Origin: a virus
DNA length: 64,000 nucleotides
Virus record (IMG/VR): IMGVR_UViG_3300020404_000006
Direction: 5' to 3' (one strand)
Part shown: positions 57,925-64,000 of the stretch, piece by piece
Numbering within the stretch: the first letter of the stretch is position 1
Layout: every line of letters begins with the position of its first letter
The notes under the pieces: model-generated
The model's database searches: none
What the model was told of the DNA's origin: nothing
Seen by the model: the letters and a program-made list of their open reading frames with translations, nothing else
Made by a program: the position numbers and the translations under genes

Positions 57925-58713
57925 TTAGACGTAAGTGATCTTAACGAGTCCTCCTCCACCTTGTCCGCCTTGTCCACAACACCTACCACAGTAGTTACTG
58001 TTTGCACCTTGACCACCGTGTCCGTATGGAACTGTCCAGCAACCACAACGCATCCAACACTGTCTTTGTCCGTATGAAACACCAAGAGTTCCGATGAATG
58101 GAGCACCTGTTGGTAATCCTTCATTATAGAAACAGTGACAGTTGAATCCGTCAGGTCTGTATGAGTTACCACCGTGGTTACCCATTCCGAAGTCTCCTCC
58201 GTGAGCGCCAGGTTGCATACAGCAAGTATGGAATTCTGAATAACAGTTTGCAGACCAGTCACCAGTTGCACAACCTCTAGTACCACCTAAGGCACAGAAG
58301 TTAGAGAGGTTATATCCATTTACATAGGAGTTACATCCGCAACACCCTGTACACTCTCTAGAACAACAACGGTAAACACCAGCAGCACATACAGTGTATG
58401 AACATCCAGCAGTTGTACTAATAGTTTTAGTATTGTAGTATCCACCACCAGCACCATGCCAGTTTTGACATCTGTTACATGAACACGCACCGTGTCCATT
58501 TCCCCCAGAACCCCAGATTTCCCAAGTGATTCTTGTTACTCCAGTTGGAACTTGCCAGTTGCAACAACAGCCAGGTGTGCAATAACATGGATGACCATAC
58601 ACCCATTTTACACACCAGTTAGAGAATGAACCAGCTTGAACTTTTGAACTACCGATCGTTGAATCAATAATTCTCTCGTTAGTAACTTTTTTATAACTTG
58701 AATAAGTAGCCAT
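57925..58713 (-). CDS. Cys/Gly-rich tail-fibre-associated protein, paralogue 3
   Basis: 30 Cys in 262 aa; WGSGGNG and GQGGQGGGGLVKITY glycine-rich motifs. Confidence 0.8.
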   Translation of the reverse strand: MATYSSYKKVTNERIIDSTIGSSKVQAGSFSNWCVKWVYGHPCYCTPGCCCNWQVPTGVTRITWEIWGSGGNGHGACSCNRCQNWHGAGGGYYNTKTISTTAGCSYTVCAAGVYRCCSRECTGCCGCNSYVNGYNLSNFCALGGTRGCATGDWSANCYSEFHTCCMQPGAHGGDFGMGNHGGNSYRPDGFNCHCFYNEGLPTGAPFIGTLGVSYGQRQCWMRCGCWTVPYGHGGQGANSNYCGRCCGQGGQGGGGLVKITYV

Positions 58714-58722
58714 TTCTTCCCC

Positions 58723-59517
58723 TTAGAAGTATGTAATTTTGACAAGTCCGCCACCGCCAGTACCACCCTGACCGCAACATCTACCACAATATGTAGACAT
58801 AGCACTTTGTCCGCCGTGACCGTAAGGTACGATCCAACAACCACAACGAATCCAACATTCTCTAATAGACTGAGTAACTTGTGTACCAATCAACGGTGCA
58901 GAAGTAGGTCTCTGACCGTAGTGATAACAGTGACACCAACCTCTGTAGGTATCGTGTCTAGATACAGACCAGATAGAACCGTGGTTACCAATTCCGAAGT
59001 CTCCTCCGTTTGTACTGGGACCTCTACAACATGTGTTAACTGATTGACAAGAGGTTGTCCAACTTGGGTTAGCGTTACCTCTACATCCTCCGATAGCACA
59101 GAAGTTAGATAAGTTGTATCCATTTACATAGGATGAACAACCTATACAACCATAACACTCTCTAGAGAGACATGGGTAAACACCAGCAGCACAGATACTA
59201 TATCCACAATTACTATTGGTTGTAATCATTTTGGAGTTATAGTATCCTCCACCACCAGATTGGAAGTGTTGGCATCTGTTACATGAACAGGAACCAGTAC
59301 CATTTCCTCCAGCACCCCAGGCCTGAACCCACATGTTGTTCACACCTGTTGGTACTGACCAGTTGCAGCAACAACCTGGCGAGCAACGGCACATTGTACC
59401 GAATACCCATTTTACGCCGTAGGTACAGTTCGGAGATCCACTAAAACTAGTAGCACTGAGGATATTATCCTCTAATTGATCTCCATTAATTTTTTTGTAT
59501 GATGAATAACTTGCCAT
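58723..59517 (-). CDS. Cys/Gly-rich tail-fibre-associated protein, paralogue 2
   Basis: 28 Cys in 264 aa; same motif order as its neighbours. Confidence 0.8.
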   Translation of the reverse strand: MASYSSYKKINGDQLEDNILSATSFSGSPNCTYGVKWVFGTMCRCSPGCCCNWSVPTGVNNMWVQAWGAGGNGTGSCSCNRCQHFQSGGGGYYNSKMITTNSNCGYSICAAGVYPCLSRECYGCIGCSSYVNGYNLSNFCAIGGCRGNANPSWTTSCQSVNTCCRGPSTNGGDFGIGNHGSIWSVSRHDTYRGWCHCYHYGQRPTSAPLIGTQVTQSIRECWIRCGCWIVPYGHGGQSAMSTYCGRCCGQGGTGGGGLVKITYF

Positions 59518-59929
59518 TTCTGTTTAATTCCTAGACGTAAGTGATTCTTACAACACCAGAGCCGCCTTGACCGCCCTGACCACAACAACGACCACAATAA
59601 GAAGTCATCGCACTTTGTCCACCTGTTGCATAAGGAGCAGTCCAACAACCACAACGTGACCAACACTGTTCAGCCATAGTCTCAACACCTTCCGATGTTA
59701 AGAATGGAGCACCTGATGACATTGTGTTTGTAACCGCACCAGTACAGTGACAGTTCCAGTGACCTGACCAACCTTTTTGGTGAGGAGACATTGCGAAATC
59801 TCCACCCCATGTTCCAGGCGATACACAACAGAAGTGTCTAGATGTACATCTAACTGTCCAGTCGGGGTTCGCACAACCTCTTGCACCACCAATAGCACAG
59901 AAGTTAGATAAGTTGTATCCATTTACATA
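59093..59929. repeat. Exact 38-nt repeat shared by paralogues 2 and 1 (59093-59130; 59892-59929), degenerate third copy near 58292-58326
   Basis: ATAGCACAGAAGTTAGATAAGTTGTATCCATTTACATA is identical in otherwise diverged genes. Confidence 0.9.
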
Positions 59930-60316
59930 TGAGGTACAACCTTGACATCCGTTACATTCTCTTGAACAGCAACGATAAACTCCACCAGCACATACAGTAT
60001 ATTGACAACCAGCAGCGGTACTAATTGTCTTAGTATTATATGTACCTCCAGAAGGAGCTTGGAAGTGTTGACAACGGTTACATGAGCAGAACCCATTACC
60101 GTTACCTCCAGCACCCCAGAGTTCGATAGTTAACTTACCTACACCAGATGGGACTTGCCAATAACAGCAACAGCCTGGTGTGCAATAACATGGATGTCCG
60201 TAGAACATCTTGACACAATAATCAGGGGTCACACCCGACGCTAACTTCGAGATTCCGATGGATCCCGAAGTTATTTGGTCTGATCTTACTTTTCTATATG
60301 ATCTATAGTTGGCCAT
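59531..60316 (-). CDS. Cys/Gly-rich tail-fibre-associated protein, paralogue 1
   Basis: 29 Cys in 261 aa; same motif order. Confidence 0.8.
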   Translation of the reverse strand: MANYRSYRKVRSDQITSGSIGISKLASGVTPDYCVKMFYGHPCYCTPGCCCYWQVPSGVGKLTIELWGAGGNGNGFCSCNRCQHFQAPSGGTYNTKTISTAAGCQYTVCAGGVYRCCSRECNGCQGCTSYVNGYNLSNFCAIGGARGCANPDWTVRCTSRHFCCVSPGTWGGDFAMSPHQKGWSGHWNCHCTGAVTNTMSSGAPFLTSEGVETMAEQCWSRCGCWTAPYATGGQSAMTSYCGRCCGQGGQGGSGVVRITYV

Positions 60317-60367
60317 TTACGATCCTTAAGAGGGGTTGAATAAAAACATGATATAAAGGATCTCAAA

Positions 60368-63300
60368 TTAGATGGAGAAGATTCTCCAACCGTATGTAGA
60401 ACCAGAGTAAACGAGGGTAAATGCAGCACCTTCAGTTGAAACTGTCAAGTCAGCATTGTCACCTTGAATTGGTCTACCGTTTCTTCCACATACAAGTGCG
60501 TTAGAATCAAATGTCTTCGCAACGTCCATGAAAGTAATTTCGTCACCCAAGTTAGGTGATGCAGGCAAGGTCAATGTAACCTGACCACCACCTGTGTTAA
60601 CAAAGTATGTAACTCCAGAAGTTACAGATGTACTTGAGGAAACTGTACTGTATGTCTTAACACCAGGCTGAATCCATGAAGTACCGTTGTAGTACTCAAG
60701 AGCACCCAAGGTAGTGTTGAATCTCAACGCACCAGTGTTGAACTCGTCGTCGATACCGCCTGGTCTTTGAGCAGTTGTACCAACAGGAGGTGTCATTGCC
60801 TTGATACCCATTGAACCGCGAGTTAAGAATCCCTTAACCGCAAATTCTGTAGGACATGCAGTGTTAGAGTTACCAGCGAGTGTCTCGTCAGAGGAGAATT
60901 CGTTGATCGCCTCACCAACCTGACCACCAATCGCACCAAGTCTCAATTCTGTCAAACCAGAAAGGTTGAACGCGGAAGCATCCAATGTAGCACGACCAGT
61001 CAACTGGTCAACGGAGAAGAAGTCTCCAACTCGGAAGTTACCACCTTGGTCGGTAGATACGAAGAACACCTTACCAGGTCCGAACACGTTAGTTTCTTGA
61101 CCTTGGATAACGTTCGCCAAGTTGACGTTTGGATATCCAGTTTCAGTCTTGTTACCAGTACCAACTGCGAGGAAGTCATGTCCTGTTAGTCTTGCCTGTG
61201 AGAACAGTGTTCTGATTTGAATATCAGATCCTTGACCAGAACCTAAGTTTCTAGTATCCCATGTTCCTCTTGATTTCTCAGGAGAGATTGTCAGAGTTGC
61301 ACGATTATTGTAGACAACTTGTTGTCCAGCACCCGATCCTGCCTGCCACTCAAAGAAAGTGGATGCGACGGATACGCCCGTAATTGTGTTAATGATGTAG
61401 AATCTATCATCTGCACCATATAGTGATGTTTGGAATCCAATAGCATCACCGATTAGAAGTGTTCCAGATGTTTGGTCAACTTCTAGAATTGTACCTTTTT
61501 GTCCAGTTGTGGAAGATGCAGCCGCACCAACTGTGATCGAACCGATACCAGAACTCTGTTCTGCACCAGCACCGAACCAGACGATTTCACCGTCTACGAA
61601 TCCAGTTGTACCGATACCAGCGTTACCGTAACCAGACTGATACTTGAAGTAAATCTTATCAGCAGAAATCTGATCGTTCAAGAACCATGCAGTTGCCTTA
61701 GATGTTTGTCCGAACATGGTAGCACCAACTGAAACTGTTCCAGCCTTAGTTGTACCTTGAACTTCCATCATGTCACCGAAGACTTGTGCAGTTCTTGGAA
61801 CTTCATCAGTTGAGAAACCAGATGAGATAACACCGTAGTCTCCGTAAGAGTTGTTTCCACCAACACCCCTGATTCTTGATCCACCACCTGAGTAGTAACC
61901 CCACTTAGCGTAGTATGTGAAACAGGAAACGATTTCAGCGATTGCACCCTTATCAAGAATGTAACCAGCACCATCAGATGCAACGTGCGTGAACGCATCG
62001 AACACCATTGATTTTGCACCAGTGTCGTGTACACCACCATCGATGAATACACCAACACCACCACCACCGAATCTGCCACTTTCTGTTGCAGGGTCAGAGA
62101 AACAAGTACAGTCCTTAACGTAAGGTGACTTGTTATCGATAGGTGAATCTGGGTTCAAGGAGATGAACACACCAGCAGCAGTTGTACCGATACCAGTTCT
62201 TAAGTTTGCATTGTCTAACTGTAAAGGAGCGTTAGGATCATAGTAGAATCCTTCCATTCCTTTCATGGAGATTGCCTGAATAGTTGTTGCATCAGACATC
62301 TTGAACATGTGACTTCTGTTGTTAGGAGTCACAGAGTCATCAGATGTTCCATCTTTAGGTAGAACCTGAGAACCTCTAAGTGCGTTACCAACAATCGAAG
62401 TGAAAGGAGGAACTGTAACTGGTAACTGTTCATAGAACTGAGACGCAGACAGTTTCAAGATAGCAGGTGTTAGGTCTGTTACCTTACCACCTTCAACGTA
62501 TGTGTGGTTGATAGTTGAGATACCAACGTTGACCTTAAAGTTGTCAACATCAGGAACTTCAAGAACTTCGTAGTAAGACTTAGCAACTTTATCTGGGTAG
62601 ATAGTAGTTGTTAGACCAACGAACGCAGTACCACCAGAAACATAGAGGTAATCAGTAGTTGAAACACCTACGTTAAGAGTGATTGAGTTAGAGTCGGGTA
62701 CAGCCTGTACAAGGAATTCATAAGTACCTTGAGTATGTACAGCAGGGAACTTACCAGTGATTGTCTGGTCATCAGACGCAGTACCAACGTTAATTGTAAT
62801 TGTGTTGGTTGTAACAGCGGTAATGTTAAGAGCTGTATTGTATGCAGGGTCAGGGTTTCCGTCTCCAGCAACAGCACGAGGATAAGAGTGATCAGTTGTA
62901 TATCCGTCCATTGAGCAACGGAATGTCATACCATCTGTTTCTAATCTTACAGAAGTACCAACTGTTAATGCGTGAGCACCGATTGTGCAAACCATGTCAC
63001 CAGTTGCTTGGTTATAGGAAACCGCAGATGGTTGATGGTTGACGATTGGAGAAGGTCCAACGTTTACAGTAAATGTATCAGTTGTTGTACCTGTAATACT
63101 TAACTGTTGTCCTTGTGCAGGGTCTTTGCCAGGTCTAGGATATGTCTTCTGAGAACCATTGTTGTTCATCGTACAGGTGAACGTAAATGCGTTATCAGCA
63201 ATAGTAACCTTATCGGAAGTTGATAAACTATGACCAGTAAGGGTCATTATAAAGTTACCATTTGAAGGATCGTATGTAGCACTTGTAGGTGTTACAGCTG

Positions 63301-64000
63301 ATCCACCAACAACTTGAACTCCGTTTGGAGCGCAACTGTTAAATGTGTGAGAATAGTCACCACCAGACTGAATAGCATTTGCTAATGCACTCTGGAATGT
63401 ATGGGCGAACTGTGCGGAACCTTGGTATTGGACACTTAAGTTTCTGATTCTAACTGTTGCACCAATTCCAACTTCGGGAGCAGCACCAAGACCAATAGCA
63501 GTAATAGTCGCAAGACCAACTGCCTTGTTATAGGTCATACCCAAGACAGTAAATACGTTACCTCCAGATAGACACTCAAACTCGATGTCTTGTAACTGAA
63601 CGAACGTACCAGTGTTTAACAGACCGTGACCAGGCGCAGTAACCGTTGCCACACCAGTGGAAGCGGTATACACCATATTGGTGATATCTGTCTTAGGACG
63701 AGCAGCCTCGCAAGCCTTCTTGATAGTCTTGAACGCCAAGTTAGGTGCAAGACCGTTATATGTGTCTAATCCGTCTTCGGAGTCAACGTAGTAAATTCTA
63801 GTTTGGTTACCTACAATCTCGTAGCCAGGTAATCCATTTGACTGAACTGCAAGTGCGTAACCAGTAGAACCGATACCGATTCTTACGTTACCTGAGTTGT
63901 ATGTAAGTAAGTCACCCTTGGTGTTAAGAGCAGCGGATGAATCTCCTGATGCAAGTACTTCCCAGAATGTTCCGATTCCAGCAATAGGAATAACATTCTT
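60368..64000 (-). CDS. Large tail-fibre / virion structural protein (5' end beyond window, >1200 aa)
   Basis: Frame stays open from 63739 to 64000. Gly/Thr-rich with repeated Y...tG....t...H.l.....v.l....F.C modules; C-terminal VTLTLPASP...GW fibre domain. Confidence 0.85.
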   Translation of the reverse strand, partial: KNVIPIAGIGTFWEVLASGDSSAALNTKGDLLTYNSGNVRIGIGSTGYALAVQSNGLPGYEIVGNQTRIYYVDSEDGLDTYNGLAPNLAFKTIKKACEAARPKTDITNMVYTASTGVATVTAPGHGLLNTGTFVQLQDIEFECLSGGNVFTVLGMTYNKAVGLATITAIGLGAAPEVGIGATVRIRNLSVQYQGSAQFAHTFQSALANAIQSGGDYSHTFNSCAPNGVQVVGGSAVTPTSATYDPSNGNFIMTLTGHSLSTSDKVTIADNAFTFTCTMNNNGSQKTYPRPGKDPAQGQQLSITGTTTDTFTVNVGPSPIVNHQPSAVSYNQATGDMVCTIGAHALTVGTSVRLETDGMTFRCSMDGYTTDHSYPRAVAGDGNPDPAYNTALNITAVTTNTITINVGTASDDQTITGKFPAVHTQGTYEFLVQAVPDSNSITLNVGVSTTDYLYVSGGTAFVGLTTTIYPDKVAKSYYEVLEVPDVDNFKVNVGISTINHTYVEGGKVTDLTPAILKLSASQFYEQLPVTVPPFTSIVGNALRGSQVLPKDGTSDDSVTPNNRSHMFKMSDATTIQAISMKGMEGFYYDPNAPLQLDNANLRTGIGTTAAGVFISLNPDSPIDNKSPYVKDCTCFSDPATESGRFGGGGVGVFIDGGVHDTGAKSMVFDAFTHVASDGAGYILDKGAIAEIVSCFTYYAKWGYYSGGGSRIRGVGGNNSYGDYGVISSGFSTDEVPRTAQVFGDMMEVQGTTKAGTVSVGATMFGQTSKATAWFLNDQISADKIYFKYQSGYGNAGIGTTGFVDGEIVWFGAGAEQSSGIGSITVGAAASSTTGQKGTILEVDQTSGTLLIGDAIGFQTSLYGADDRFYIINTITGVSVASTFFEWQAGSGAGQQVVYNNRATLTISPEKSRGTWDTRNLGSGQGSDIQIRTLFSQARLTGHDFLAVGTGNKTETGYPNVNLANVIQGQETNVFGPGKVFFVSTDQGGNFRVGDFFSVDQLTGRATLDASAFNLSGLTELRLGAIGGQVGEAINEFSSDETLAGNSNTACPTEFAVKGFLTRGSMGIKAMTPPVGTTAQRPGGIDDEFNTGALRFNTTLGALEYYNGTSWIQPGVKTYSTVSSSTSVTSGVTYFVNTGGGQVTLTLPASPNLGDEITFMDVAKTFDSNALVCGRNGRPIQGDNADLTVSTEGAAFTLVYSGSTYGWRIFSI

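Noticed and set aside
57925-60316. Cys-rich genes as RiPP precursors or selenoproteins
   Set aside because: Too long, no leader/core layout, no in-frame TGA; architecture and context fit structural fibre proteins.
60317-60367. GATCCTT/AAGGATC inverted repeat that might hide the RBS of paralogue 1
   Set aside because: Only 7 bp with a 28-nt loop and no late promoter inside; too weak to call.

Overview
This 64-kb window is part of a T4-like marine cyanomyovirus genome. The pebS gene and LPS-type sugar genes resemble large Prochlorococcus/Synechococcus phages such as P-SSM2. Almost every gene is on the minus strand. Read along that strand (right to left), the order is: a >1200-aa tail-fibre protein; three Cys/Gly-rich paralogues; a tail-fibre assembly chaperone; an ~11-kb tailoring-enzyme island; the T4 morphogenesis block gp13-gp23 plus gp3; uvsY, uvsW, a second carbamoyltransferase, gp55, gp47 and gp46; a vWA-peptidase/CobS-like AAA+ pair and pebS; gp45, denV, gp44, a DUF4338-like gene, gp62, regA and hsp20; a sigma70-driven ncRNA + tRNA-Gly unit; then gp43, uvsX, gp41, mazG and a truncated PD-(D/E)xK-like nuclease. 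The island encodes a GT9 heptosyltransferase-like protein, a carbamoyltransferase, a flavin-dependent halogenase, split HldE kinase/nucleotidyltransferase, a HAD phosphatase, a methyltransferase, a cupin, an HldD epimerase and five 2OG-Fe(II)-type oxygenases. The best candidate for an undescribed system is this island, a near-complete ADP-heptose synthesis and transfer pathway with tailoring enzymes, wedged between neck and tail-fibre genes. I infer, but cannot show, that it decorates virion proteins. All family assignments come from motifs recognised by eye; no database searches were run.
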